A stretch of 64,000 bases of DNA, taken from contig CM059432.1 of the NCBI GenBank assembly GCA_030390025.1, forward strand, positions 38,194,001 through 38,258,000, read 5' to 3'. Under the pieces are notes generated by a model. It was not told the DNA's origin and did no database searches. It saw only the letters and a program-made list of their open reading frames with translations. This DNA comes from Squalus acanthias. Lineage: Eukaryota. Positions within the stretch are counted from its first letter, which is position 1. The number at the start of each line of letters is the position of its first letter. Of this stretch, positions 1-13,201 are shown one piece after another. Both the position numbers and the translations under genes were made by a program.

Positions 1-1937
1 CACAATGGTACACCCTGTTAAGGTGTTTTAATTTACACTTTGGAAAGAAACACAGAAAATTAAGAAACATATGCCTTCGTAAAAATGACATCAAATGAAA
101 CACAGGAGACATGATTCTGTGTTACAACCAGCTGAGGTAACTAAGAATTACATAGATCACCCTAGTTGAGGTGTTTTAATTTACACGTCGTAAAAAGACA
201 CAAACAGAAGACCTTGGTAAAAATGACATCAAATAGATGCACCTGCTGTTACATCATTTTTATGGTGAGCTTCGAACACCTAGGGTAGAGACATAGGGGT
301 AAAAATTCAGTTGGTTGCGCCTCCTGTTAGCGCCTTAAGAGGGCGCTAATGGGGCGCAAAGCCGCTAACGCCCGGGCGCAGCGATTTTTGCGCCGCTCGG
401 GAACTTAACTAGAGATTGTGCGGCGGCGCTAAACTTTACCGCTGCGACCACCTGCACGCGCAGATTGTGACGTCATTCCATGGTGCAACGCCCTTGTGGC
501 GCCCCGGAGCGTAAATTGAGTGGCGCCCCCTGCCTTACCGCCTGGCGCATCCAACGACCAGAAGACTGGAACGCTATCAATCGCTGTGGGGCTGGGGGGG
601 GGGGCGCTATTTAAAGGGGGCCTCTTCCTGTCTTTTATTGTTGGTGGCATTTTTGAACTACGCATTCTGAGAGAGAGAGGGAGAGACTTCTGGAGAGATT
701 CAACGTTGTGTGAAGGAGTTTTGGGGACTGAGCAGCACTTTGCAGGTTCATTTTGATTTGCCATTCCTTGTATCGATTTAGCAGAGACTGTGGGAGCTGC
801 ACTCTGAGCTCTTTGCCTGGTACTCTCCATTGTTCTTTCCAGCACATTTGATGTGCAAGTCTCTCCAGGCCGAGATTCAAGGCTGCAATGAACAGGATGT
901 GGATGGAAAGCAAGATTAACCATCCCCTTTAAGAACTGGCCCGTGCCATTGTGTGTGTGTTCCATTGCTGACTGACATTACATGAGCTTCGCCAGCGCTC
1001 TGAGTTGGCGCCTCACTCCTTGGCCTTTGCGCCTTAAGACAGGTGTGCAGCGCCTGATTTAGCGCTCCACTCACCTCCCGGGGCGGTAAAAGTGAAGTTT
1101 CCAGTCAGTGCCGATAATTAGCGCCAGGCGCTAATATTTGCGCCCCAAATGGGGCGCGACCTAATTTTTCCCCCATAATTCTTAATGCTACCAGCTGATC
1201 TGACTGTAAGAATAGCAGGGGTCAGCAGAAAAATGACTAGAGATAATTAGTTTACATCAGCAGAAAACTTCAAAGGAAATACCACTGAAAAAGGATATAA
1301 ATATTGAACTTTCAAATGGGATGATAGTCTCGCTGTAAAGGGGCAAAGCGATTCTCAGCTTCAGAGGCAAGCTCTGTAAGTCTACAACTCTTTGTATCTC
1401 AGGGATCAAGGTATTGTACTGTATTTGATTTTGGTGGATATTCTGGAATAAACTAAGAACTGTAAAACTAGCGAAGTTAAGATTTGAGAATAAGAATCTC
1501 TGCTAATAGAATTGTAAGCTTTTTGTATTTGGAACTGTTAATGTTGCGATTGAAACACCTACTGTAATTACATGTCGGTTCTTTAATAAATCTATATATT
1601 TTTAGAATTATCTCACATAATACTTCTGTATCAAACTCGCGAACTCAATCTCTGTACGCTCCTTGGTGAGGAGTTGCAGAATTCTGGGGGAGTTATCCAG
1701 ACCCTCATAATATCTGGAACGTTACAGTCTAGCTAAACTTATTAAAAGTGCTATCTGGAGGACGGTAACATCTTCAGGTTGTTCCTTTCCTTTAGGGAGA
1801 GATAATCTGAACCCTTAGACCCAATTAAGGGTCTTTAGGATTCGGATACCTCAAACATTAGTTGAAAGTGAACATCTGGGGAATACACCTGATCTTGGGT
1901 AGCTCTAAATGGACTAGGACTAGTAATTATCCCTTCA
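1..1937 (+). repeat. 5' LTR of foamy-like element (truncated by window edge; interrupted by Harbinger MITE at 296-1174)
   Basis: Colinear with 4885-5919 apart from the insertion; ends ...CCCTTCA just before the PBS. Confidence 0.9.
296..1174. mobile_element. Non-autonomous Harbinger/PIF element (MITE-like)
   Basis: TIRs GGGGTAAAAATT / AATTTTTCCCCC, 3-bp TSD ATA, empty site AGAGACATAATTC visible in the 3' LTR, second copy at 19235-20126. Confidence 0.9.
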
Positions 1938-1939
1938 GT

Positions 1940-1953
1940 TGGCGCCCAACGTG
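1940..1953 (+). promoter_or_regulatory. Primer binding site, tRNA-Lys(1,2) type
   Basis: TGGCGCCCAACGTG, 2 nt after the LTR end; matches the first 14 nt of the foamy-virus PBS TGGCGCCCAACGTGGGGC. Confidence 0.9.
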
Positions 1954-2200
1954 TGTGTTAATGAGTTGATACCGAACCTATACTTATATTTATATCTATA
2001 TCCATCTTGTAGATTGTTAAGTATAGAAGGAGTGTTTTACTGACAGTGGTACTAAGATCCAGATTTAAGTCTCTAGAGATGACAAGTCCCTGATCAGGCC
2101 TTGTAGAACTTAAATCAGAACTCCCTCAATATACCATTGAGGTCTAGAAATTTCTTATAAAGTTCATATTAAACCCTAACTTAGGTTAGGTCCTGACAAA

Positions 2201-4164
2201 ATGGCAAACCCTGTAGGAATTGGCCAAGTCTTTTTATTAGGAATTTCAAACGATTGCTTTATTAGGGGAAATAATCCTATCCCGATACCTCCACAAGACC
2301 AAGTAATAATTTTTGATGGCTCGTCAATGACGATTAAAAAAGGGGCATCCCAACAATCCTCAGCTGGGATAGGGATAGTAGTAGGGACTTTTCAAGATTC
2401 GTATTCTTTTTATCCAGAAGAATTACTGTCCATACCCCTTGGCCATAAGACAGCGCAATATGCTGAAGCCGCAGCATTACGGTATGCTTTAGAAAAGGCA
2501 GACCCTATTAAACCCATACTAATCTGTATGGATAGTGGCTACTGTAAAAGAGGATATAACCAAGATTTAGTTTTCTGGTAACAAACAAATTTTTACCAAT
2601 CATAAGGGTAAACCCATAAAACATATGTCATTGTGGGAAGACATTCTCCATTCGAGAATGGAGAAACAGAATTGTCAGGTGATTCATGTAAACGGGCATA
2701 CCACTGGGACAGTACACTCAAAAGGAAACAGTCTTGCAGACGAACAAGCAAAACGTTCAGGTCTGCATGACACCCCCTCGAGAGGGGCCTGTCAATATTA
2801 GTGTAATCACTAGGGCAGAACGGGCAGCTAAACAGGATGAGGAACTGATTCAGCTAATGGACCCAACAAAAGAGAATCCACCAGGATATCCATCAAAGTA
2901 CTTTTACTCAGAAACCCCTACGGGTATTGTGCTAGTTAAGTTGCCCAAGGGAAACTGAGAAGTACCCCCGAGACACAAACAAGAACAGCTTGTAAAAGAA
3001 GCACACGAGGGCATAGGTCAAGCACATTGTGGTGCCAGAACAACATTCTGCAAATTGACCCCCTTATATTGGTGGCCAGGCATGCTTAAGGCCTGTAAAA
3101 CATACGTGGCAAATTATGAGCCATGCTATTTAACCAATAAGTCATCACTAATTAAGCCACCACCATTGGCTCCTGTGAAAGCTGATGAGCCAATGGGAAA
3201 ATTATTTATTGACTTTATTGGACCACTTCCCCCGTCTTTGGGATACAGACATGTTCTTGTTTGTGTAGATGGATGCACTTCCTTCTGCTGGCTGGTCCCC
3301 ACAAAAACTGTATCAGAAAACGCACTCGCCAATGCTATTACTGACATAATTTCTGTAGCTGGTGCACCCAAAATCTTACACTCCGATCAAGGCGGAGCCT
3401 TTGTCTCCAAGGTCTTCAAAGACTACTGCGAACAAAGGGGGATTGGGTTAGAGCACAGCACGCCACATCATCCGCAATCAGCGGGGCTGGTGAAACGTAA
3501 AAACCAGGAAGTAAAAAAGCTATTGGTCAAACTGTTGAGAATCAGGGGAACTAAGTGAACCACCATCATTCCGGAGTTGCATTTATCACTTAATAATGTG
3601 CCCGCATCTGCATCAGGGACAGTGTCCCCTAAAACTCCATATTATCTGATGTATGGGGTTGAGATGCATACACCGTTTATTCATAGTTCTTTTATTGCCT
3701 CTACACTCTCAGATTCCTTGACCCGACAGCGACAGTTAGATTTAAAAAAAGAAGTAACAGAGGAGATTCATCAAATTGATCAGAGGATAAGGGAGGCAAA
3801 TAGGCAGAAAAAATTGACAAACAAAGCATGGCAACCCCTAGCAGGAGAATGGGTACAGGAAAAGAAGTTCGAGCAAAAACCTGGTTTAAGACCGAAGTGG
3901 AAAAAACCTGTTCAAATACATTCTGTTACTAACGAAAGTACAGTTAAAATACATATTAATCAGCTGAATGGCAAGCATATTCTTAAAACTGTCTCCATAG
4001 ACAATCTCAAAAGATGTCCTGTGGGATACCGAAATGAAAGAACAATACAAGGTGCAGTCGTACACTGTCTTTCAAGACCCAGCTTGGAGCACGACACAGG
4101 AAATGGATGCGATCGAACTACTGATGCCGGTCAGTCAGACGGTGTCGCCGACTCCTCCAGATGA
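2201..4164 (+). pseudogene. pol: Foamy-virus pol remnant: RNase H and integrase (frameshifts and stops)
   Basis: RNase H motifs DGSS, SIPLGHKTAQYAEAAA, KGKPIKHMSLW and GNSLAD; integrase motifs GYPSKY, YWWPGM, FIDFIGPLPPSLGY, LHSDQGGAF, STPHHPQSAG, LRPKWKKP and TVSIDNLK all parallel prototype foamy virus Pol; catalytic Glu appears mutated (VKRKN). Confidence 0.9.
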
Positions 4165-4360
4165 TGCTTGGCAACGCCTCAGGAATTGGATTCGCGAAAA
4201 GCCACAACCGAAACAAGGAAAGATCAACGAGTTACTTCAACGAAGGAGGAAAACACCGCGGATGAAGAAGGAATCAACTGAGCGCCTGGCAAGGCCTTTA
4301 CGAAAACAAGAATCTGTCCACACGCTGGATCGAAGGAACAGCGTGTCAAGCTTCAGCTAG
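4034..4360 (+). pseudogene. ORF overlapping the end of pol at the foamy env-start position (possible env leader or accessory remnant)
   Basis: ATG-initiated 108-aa ORF overlapping the integrase tail; support is positional only. Confidence 0.35.
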
Positions 4361-4667
4361 TTCCAAATGACGTCTCCTTCACTCGTATGAATAACTCACC
4401 TCTACGGAACATACATCTGCTGATTGGACATTCTAAGTACATGTTGTTTCGCTAATTGCATGACAATGTACCTATCATCCTTTTAAATTGTGTTCAATTT
4501 AAAATAAGGCAAAACATTGTCCTAGGATGACTTAAAAGGAATTTTCATGTAGCACATGATTAGGCTCTTGTGAATCTCGTGAAATTAATGTGCTATTGTA
4601 ACCTTATTAGTAACATTGACCAAACTCTGTCTTGATGCTCGAGTTCATTTTTTGATCAAGAGGGGTG

Positions 4668-5919
4668 TGTGAAGGAATAAGCCATATTCAGAAAAATACT
4701 CCATTCTTTGAAAGAATTCTAGCCTTATTAAAACATGACATACTGGGTTTGGAAATCTGAAGGCCTAACACTGGAGAAGCTGTAGCAGCATTCAGGCTAT
4801 TGAGATAAGATGAAGTTGTTGACACTGAATCAATAACCTTATTGAAACAGGAGGTTGGAGGTTCCTGATAGTCTGAAGCTTTGGAAAGGTGTTTTAATTT
4901 ACACTTCGGAAAGAAACACAGAAAATTAAGAAACATATGCCTTCATAAAAATGACATCAAATGAAACACAGGAGACACGATTCTGTGTTACAACCAGCTG
5001 AGGTAACTAAGAATTGCATAGATCACCCTAGTTGAGGTGTTTTAATTTACACGTCATAAAAAGACACAAACAGAAGACTTTGGTAAAAATGACATCAAAT
5101 AGATGCACCTGCTGTTACATCGTTTATGGTGAGCTTCGAACACCTAGGGTAGAGACATAATTCTTAATGCTATCCAGCTGATCTGACTGTAAGAATAGCA
5201 GGGGTCAGCAGAAAAATGACTAGAGATAATTAGCTTACATCAGCAGAAAACTTCAAAGGAAATACCACTGAAAAAGGATATAAATATTGAACTTTCAAAT
5301 GGGATGATAGTCTCGCTGTAAAGGGGCAAAGCGATTCTCAGCTTCAGAGGCAAGCTCTGTAAGTCTACAACTCTTTGTATCTCAGGGATCAAGGTATTGT
5401 ACTGTATTTGATTTTGGTGGATATTCTGGAATAAACTAAGAACTGTAAAACTAGCGAAGTTAAGGTTTGAGAATAAGGATCTCTGATAATAGAATTGTAA
5501 GCTTTTTGTATTTGGAACTGTTAATGTTGCGATTGAAACACCTACTGTAATTACATGTCGGTTCTTTAATGAATCTATATATTTTTAGAATTATCTCACA
5601 TAATACTTCTGTATCAAACTCGCGAACTCAATCTCTGTACGCTCCTTGGTGAGGAGTTGCAGAATTCTGGGGGAGTTATCCGGACCCTCATAATATCTGG
5701 AACGTTACAGTCTAGCTAAACTTATTAAAAGTGCTATCTGGAGGACAGTATCATCTTCAGGTTGTTCCTTTCCTTTAGGGAGAGATAGCTGGACCTTTAG
5801 ACCCAATTAAGCGTCTTTAGGATTCAGATACCTCAAACTTTAGTTGAAAGTGAACGTCTGGGGAATACGCCTGATCTGGGGTAGCCATAAAGGGGCTAGG
5901 ACTAGTAATTATCCCTTCA
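4668..5919 (+). repeat. 3' LTR of foamy-like element
   Basis: TGTGAAGG...CCCTTCA, preceded by PPT; TATA-like TATAAATA ~5279-5286; duplicated U3 blocks containing AAAAATGACATCAAAT. Confidence 0.92.
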
Positions 5920-6900
5920 AGCCCTCCTCCCCATTTACTAGTTTAAAGTCCTTGTGACTGCCCTATTTATCCTTTCTGCTAGAACCCTGGTCCCAGACCG
6001 GTTCAGGTGGAGCCCGTTCCAATGGTACAGTTCCTTCCTGTCCCAATACTGGTGTCAGTGCCCCATGAAATGGAATCCCTCTTTCCCACACTATTCCTTT
6101 AGCCACGTGTTCGCTTCCCTAATCATCTTATCCCTACGACAATTTACATGTGGCTCAGGTAATAATCCAGAGATTATAACCCTTGAGGTCCTGTTCTTTA
6201 ATTTAGCTCCTAGATCCTGGTACTCCCCAAACAGGACCTCTTGTCTACTCTTCCCTATGTTGTTGGTCCCAACATGGACCACAACGACTGGATCCTCTCC
6301 CTCCCCCTCCCATATCCTTTCAAGCCAGTTTGAGATGTCCCTCACCCTGCCACTAAGTAGGCAACATACCATGTGGGACTCTCAATCCTGCTTACAAAGG
6401 ATGCCACCTGTCCGCCTAATTATAGAATCCCCTACAATGACCACATTACGCTTCCTCTCCTCATCCTCATCCTCCTCCCCCCTTAGGACAGCCTCCTGCT
6501 CCAAAGTGCCATGGCCCGCATTCTGGCTGTCCTTCCGACAGTCTTTATCTTTATCCTCACAGATAGCAAGTACATTGTACCTGTTGGATAGGATCAGTTT
6601 CTGTGGATCCTCGTTCCCTTTCTTACCTGGGTTCCCCTTACTCTGCACACTATCAGTCACACCAACCCCATTCTGATCCTGCACCTCTCTACGAGGTGTG
6701 ACCAAAGTCTGGAGCAAACTGTCCAGATACTCCTCCCCCTCCCTTATGAGTCGGAGTGCCTCCAACTCGCACTCCAACTCAATGACTCTGAGCCGGAGAG
6801 ATTTGAGACGGAGACATCTCCTGCAGGCGTGTTCGCTCGGGACAAACTCCCACATACTGCAGTCCAGACACACAACTGCCCTGCCATATCTTAGTCTAAC
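5920..6900 (-). mobile_element. CR1 LINE ORF1 remnant (Cys finger, coiled coil, SGNH esterase); host site of the foamy element
   Basis: CLDCSMWEF..CRRC, VVIVGDSIIR, VVVHVGTNNIG, VIISGLLP. Confidence 0.85.
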
Positions 6901-7599
6901 CTTCTTTTATTTATTTAATTAGTTAAAATCTTTATTCAATGATTATTTATAGTTACATTAATTAGTTTATCTAGTTAAGTTTTTAATTTAATAAAGTACG
7001 TTATTGTTTCCCGCTCTTAGTTTAAACCATCATATGTATTTTTCACAATGAAATAAAGCTGTCAATCCTGCTTAGGTTTTAAAAATCAGAAGCTGCCTGC
7101 TGCAACAGACTGCCCCTCATGGTGTGGCAGCAACCCCAAATGATTAGCTTTCTTTTCTTCCTGTGATCAGATTTAACTCTTTCTAAAATCTAGATTGCCT
7201 GTAAATCTTCTCTCACTTGCTAAACAATAAAATGATAGACCCAAAGCTGTATGCCCATTAGCAACAGGGGATGTGACTGCCAAAACTCACTTTAGATTGA
7301 ACACTTGGTGCAGCATAAATGCCAGGATTGTTCTGTTTGGAAACGTTGCCTGCACCACTGTGGGCCCACCTTGGGTGAGCACCAGAACACAGAGGGCAGG
7401 TATTGTAGTGTAGTCCTGCTGCATCAACAGTCTGAAGGAGCTGCAGCTCCAGCAGACTTCTATTAATGCCCTATGTGCCCTTTTGTAAAGGGATTTGATT
7501 GCTAAATTCTGCCTGCGTTTTATCTTCCAGAGACTAGGCCAGGACCCAAGCCTGGACCCCAATCAAAGTGGCCCTAACTTCTGCTAGCCAGGAGACCAA

Positions 7600-7915
7600 T
7601 ATAGAATCATCGAATGATACAGTACAGAAGGAGGCCATTGGGCTCATCGTGCCTGTGTTGGCTCTTTGGAAGAGCTATCCAAATAGTCCCATTCCCCTGC
7701 TCTTTCCCCATAGCCCTGAATTTTTTTTTCCTTTTCAAGTATTTATCCAATTCCCTTTTGAAAGTTACTATTGAATCTGCTTCCACCACCCTTTCAGGCA
7801 GTGGATTACAGAACCTAACAACTTGCTATGTAAAATAATGCTTCCTTATGTCGCCTCTGGTTCTTCTGCCAATTCAGCTGAAATTTGTGTCGTCTGGTTA
7901 TCAACCCTTCTGCCG
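7600..7915 (-). mobile_element. CR1 LINE 3' fragment
   Basis: VEADSIVTFKRELDKYL motif and CR1-type 3' tail. Confidence 0.75.
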
Positions 7916-8999
7916 CTGGACTAATGCCTGTTTTTAACTGGTGTACCAGCAGCCCAGTGGATCCCAGGCCCTGGGCCAGGAGTTCCCTCTTTCCAGCCAC
8001 ACCCCCTCTGAGGTAGGAGACCATGCTTGGGGTAAACGGAGGTTCCGCTCCGAAACGGTCCCCGAGGAAATGCTCAGCGTAGGTCAGGACCTTGCATATC
8101 CAGATCCAGCTTAATTTACAGGCCTCCTGCTGCACTCCCATCTGGATTATGTTTCTTTATCTTGTATGCTTTGACTAACAGCTAAATCCTTTCTATCTGG
8201 GCAGGAAGATAATCCTCTCTCAGCACTGCATTGTTTCAGAGAAGGATGCAAAGTTAAGCCATTTGTCCAATGTAACTGCATTCTAAGCTCTGACATCTGC
8301 TGAATCATACGTACAAGAATGCAAATACCATAATCACTCCAGCTACGATATTAAATGGGTTATATAAAGTATAAATGGGTAATTTTTGAAATAGTGCTTG
8401 ACAAATATAATAGCGTGAACTACTAATAATAGCAGAATACCTTTTTTGCCAGAATGCAGTTAAGCAGTCTGGCATTATTTCATGCTTTAAGGTATTCACC
8501 CATTTTGCTGTCAAAATCCATTAGCCTGATTGAGAAATGCAATTTCTGCACCACAATGGACAATCAAACTAACAGACCATTGTGAAATGCATTTCGAAAT
8601 GAATCTTCTGGGGTGGGGAAAGGAGCTGCTCTGTTTAATGATAATGCATGAGAGCAATGAAATCAAAAAAAGTAATTTGCAATTTCCTTCCTCAATCACC
8701 AGGCTGCTGAAACATGAATGGAAGCTAATGACAGTACCTGCTGCTCTACTGCTTCTCTGACTAGGACACTCTAGACAGACAAGGGGGGTTATTTTGGTGA
8801 AAGGGTGAAAACAGGAGCTATGTGGGTGCTGTTCTAATAAGACACGCCTGTTTGAAAGTCTGGTTTTAGCACGCAATTTTTTTCCTAATTGCTGATTACC
8901 ATAATTTCAACTTGCCTGGAAGTGCTAAAGCAGAGACGCTTGCAGGTTTAGCACTCAAGCACTGTGTGACGCAATTTCCATGGAGCAGTATACGTGAGG

Positions 9000-9458
9000 T
9001 CCACTCACCCACATCCACTGAAGGTGTGGAGGGTGCTGGCTGACACACAGCGGCATCTTTCAGGGTGGCTCAGGGATCGAGTGAGAGGGCGCACAAGTTC
9101 TCGGACACAGCACTGGAGGTCCTGGTGGAGGAAGTCCTGCGGAGGAGGGATGTCCTGTACCCGCAGGGAGGTTTTTTGTTACAGGCGTTCTGTAGGCGTC
9201 CCTGGGTGCAGCCAGCGATGGTGGTGGCTGTCTCAGGGCAAACCAATCTTGCAGCATTGCGTGCCTTATTTGCATATGAAAAAGACCTAACGCCTGATTC
9301 AAAAGTGGGTAAAATACATCTCTTGATTGTCATCACCGAATATGTTGGGCGCACTTCCGGTCCGAAATGTGCGCACGCTTCCTGCAGGCCATTTTGGGGA
9401 CTGAGGAGTACATGTAGCGCCTGCACAACGGGTGCTACACAACCCAATTTCTAGGCCC
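9000..9458 (+). mobile_element. Truncated Harbinger derivative with Myb/SANT-like gene start
   Basis: ERAHKFSDTALEVLVEEVLRRRDVLYP; ends in TIR-like AATTTCTAGGCCC; left boundary uncertain. Confidence 0.6.
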
Positions 9459-9822
9459 ACGAGTCACAGGGGGAGAAATTCGGTATCGACCATTTTGGGG
9501 CGCTAACATCGGCCGGCCGTAAACTTTAGCGCCTGGCGCAAATTAGCACCTGCGACCACGAAATTCGTCTCCAGCGCCCCTGGAGGTGATTGGAGCGCTA
9601 AATCAAGCGCTACACACTTCTCTTAGGGCGCTAACGTCGGGAAACGGGGCACTACCTCAGTGTGCTACTCAAGCTCAGGCGATGTCAATCACCTTGTACT
9701 CAGACATACTGCCGCTTTCCAGTTCTTAAAGGGGAGGGTCCATCATGCTGTACAGCCTCACCCTGCTCATTGCTGCTTTTGACCTGGGCCTGCAATTCTT
9801 CAATTCTTCAACCAGCAATATC

Positions 9823-11713
9823 ATGGCTGCTCAGAGGCCCAGGGAGAGAGCTCGCCGGTTTAGCGACCAGGCATTGGAGGCTCTGGTTGGTGCTGTGGAA
9901 CGCCGACGGGCAGTGCTGTTCCCAGACACTGGCAGGAGGCCATTGCCCCGGGAGTTCACAAGGGTGTGGAGGAGGTTGCCCATTATGGCTCCTCCAGAAG
10001 CCTGCTCCAAAGGACTCACACCCAGTGCCGCAAGAAGTTCAACGACCTCACTCGGGTGGTCAGGGTGAGTAGATGCTTGAAAAACCTCTACATCCCATCA
10101 TCTCAACCTCACTCTGTGCACAGACGGTGTAAAGTCCCAAATCCCCAACACTCACCCAACAACCAGGGCCATCTACTAAAAGTCACATCCACATCTCACA
10201 CATTGCAGACATTAACGACTATTCAACTATGGGAGGCACATCTGCCAAACACATGGCTGCACACTCACTCACATGCTGTCCTTTTTCTTGCAGGCCAAGC
10301 TTTCACATAACAGGAGGGAGCAGCAACACACGGGAGGAGGTCGGGCGGAGCTGCACCCCCTCACACAGCTGGAGGAGTTAGTGCACAGAATCATCGCGAG
10401 CCATATCGTGGGCGCTGTGGCAGTCGAAGAGGTCGACCCCTTGGGGACAGCAACGGTATGTTCATCATCTCTCCCTCCTCTCTCATACCACTTCCCCCTC
10501 ACAACACGAGCCCTTCCCACTTTCCATCTAAGTATACAGTCTCCATTCCTTGCTCCCTTCCTGCCCCCCTCCCCTGACATTAAACCCACTCTTGTGCCTT
10601 CCTGCTTTCAGATAGTGAGCCACCACCTGAACAGCCTGTCCCTCAGCCTCCAGTGGAAGCGACGCGGGAGAGGATCAGGAACACCAAGTCGGAGGCTCAC
10701 TGCCTGCGTCTCCCGAGGGCGACACATCGGATATTGGGGCCACGTGGTCACTGGAGGGGAGCAGAGGATTTGGCTCTGATGTGGGTGAAGCTCTGGGACC
10801 CAGTGGGCTGCAGCAACGCCATGGGGAAAGGGAAGCTCGGGGGCCATCTCCCTGGAGGGTGAGTGTACGCATGGGTTCTGCTGCACAGGACTCGGATGAG
10901 GACCTCGATATCGTGGCCACGAACACTCAGGCGATGAGCATGCATACGGAGCTCATGGGTGCAATGGCAAGGGTGCCCGACAACATGGATGCACTGGCTA
11001 GGAGCGTGGAGGAGTCCGCCGCCAGCACAGCGGTCATCTGTGCACAAACCCTCGAGCCCATCCTTGCCTCTTTGCAGAGGATGATTGACTTGCAGGGAGA
11101 CTATGGGGACCCAGACCCCATGCTGCATGTAATGGGTGAGGTGTCAGCATCTATTGCAGCACAGGCTGAGGCAATGCAATGGCTTAGTGCTGGAATCAAG
11201 TCATTGGTTGGTGCCATCCAATCTCAGACTACTCTGATGCAGTCTCAGATTGATGCCACACAAGCGCTCACTGCTGCCATCGTAGCTGGGGTGACCACTG
11301 TCCACCGGGGATCTGACGGTGCAGCAGCAGGCCAGCAATCTCTGCTCGATCAGATTGCACCAGATGCTGTCCCGGGAGAGTGGCAATGTGTTGGTCGAGC
11401 AGGGAGCTGCTGTCCTCTCTCAGGATGACAGCATTCCTGCTCCCACCACTGCCACTCCGCCATTGCACTTGCCGCAGCCTGTAACCCAGCCAGCCCAGAC
11501 TGCTGCCGCCTGTTGGTGCAGTCTGCAGCCAGGCCCTCCTGGCCCAGAGCTGGTCGAGGGTGTCCTGCAAGGCCATCTGCAGTCTCTGGCTCCCAGACTC
11601 AGCAGCCTTCCACCAGCCTTGCTGCAGCCACTGGAGCCACATTACGGAGGAGCAGTAGGATTGGGAGGGGAGAAGTGCGAAGGGGAGGGAGAGCATTGAA
11701 CAAGGCCCACTAA
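9823..11713 (+). pseudogene. Harbinger Myb/SANT-like DNA-binding protein gene, 3 exons (9823-10064, 10294-10455, 10612-~11713), frameshifted
   Basis: RERARRFSDQALEALV, QCRKKFNDL; canonical GT-AG junctions conserved in the paralogous copy at 62584. Confidence 0.82.
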
Positions 11714-12011
11714 CTAAAATTTTTAGACCAAATGGGGGGATTGTTCGTAACAAAGTTGGATGTGTTTGTAAATATATTGTTCACTTTGTTAAGAATTATT
11801 TTGATGTGCTAAGAACCAGTTAATAAATTGTTGCGTTTGCTTGTTATTGGTTGTGCTTAATAAGACACAGTTATTCATAATAATAATTTTTTTTATTTAA
11901 ACGTTACAAATTTCCTCATGTTTCTCATTGGAACTTTGGACCGGTCACAAGGGGCTGCGGGATGGCTGTAATGATTTGGTTGTTGAGCCCAAATGCCATC
12001 TGCTCTCTCAT

Positions 12012-13201
12012 TCATCGGCAGCGCTGTGTTATGAGACGTTCACGAATGGCCCTTGTAGAAGCAACATTGAGCGCCTCCCTCCCACATTGTTGCTGCTCCT
12101 CCTCCTCTTCATCCTCCTCTCCATCTCCTCCTCCTCCTCCTCCTCCTCCCCCTCTTCCTCCTCCTGAGGTGGTCCACCAATTCCTGGTGGCAATGGCTGG
12201 GTCCTCAGAATTGCGAGGTTGTGAAGCATGCAGCACACAACTACGAAAACCGATACTCGATCAGGGGAGTACTGCAGGGCTCCTCCAGAGTGGTCAAGAC
12301 ACTGGAACCGTTGCTTCAAGACTGCCGATCGTCTGCTCAATGAGGTTCCTAGTAGCGCTATGGCTCTCATTGTATTGGAGCTCAGCAGGAGTGTTGGTGG
12401 TTACGGAGCGGTGTCATCAGCCAGGTGCAGAGTGGATAACCCTTGTCCCCGAGGAGCCAGCCACGAGGTTGATGCGGTGGTTGGAACAGTGCTGGGACAC
12501 CAGTCTGGCACAGGATGAATGAATCGTGGCTGCTGCCAGGATAGCAGGGCATTGACGGCGAGGATGCGCTATCTGTGGTCGCACACCAACTGGACGTTCA
12601 GAGAGTGGTAACCTTTGTGGCTGCGGAACACCTCTGCATTTTGATGAGGTGCCCACAATGCCACGTGCGTGCAGTCAATGGCGCCCTGAACCATGGGGAA
12701 GCCCGCTATCCTAGCGAAGCCACATGCGCATTCATGCTGTTTGTCTCGGGTCATGGGGAATGAGATGTACTCCCTTCTCCTTCTGTAGAGAGCATTTGTG
12801 ACCTCCTGGATGCAGCAATGGACAGCGAACTGGGAAATGTTCGCAATATCCCCATTTGAAGCCTGGAAGGAGCCACTGACGTAGAAATTGAGAGCCACCG
12901 TCACCTTCACTGCCACCAACAGAGACGTCCTGGTCCTGAGCTGAGGTTGGAGCTCTGGCTGCAGGAGGTGGCAGAGCTCAGTGACCACCTCCTTGCTGAA
13001 GTGGAGCCTTCTGAAACACTGCTCCTCGGACAGATGAATATAGGAGAACTGCTCCCGGAATACCCTGGGAGGGTAAGGTCTCCTGTGGAGAGCCCTGTTG
13101 GCCCTCCTCCCTCTGGCCACGTTTTCCACTCTCTCTCTCCGCCTCCGCTGCCTCCGACGGTGAAGCTGGAGGGTGAGGACCTGTGCCAGTACAGCCCCCA
13201 T
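12012..13201 (-). pseudogene. Harbinger (HARBI1-like DDE) transposase, disrupted
   Basis: [71 protein letters not shown], acidic tail. Confidence 0.92.

Larger units (their letters stand above)
1..5919 (+). mobile_element. Internally deleted endogenous foamy-virus-like provirus (5' end lies before the window)
   Basis: Two near-identical LTRs (<1-1937 and 4668-5919, both ending TATCCCTTCA), tRNA-Lys PBS at 1940, purine tract AAGAGGGG at 4658-4665, and spumavirus-type RNase H and integrase remnants in between. Confidence 0.92.

Noticed and set aside
429..965. ORFs shared by the two MITE copies (also 19521-19899)
   Set aside because: Similarity reflects DNA-level identity; frames and stops differ between copies and no domain is recognisable
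2770..3800. Central polypurine tract of the foamy element
   Set aside because: Purine runs exist (e.g. GAGAGGGG ~2780) but none can be confidently assigned as the cPPT by eye
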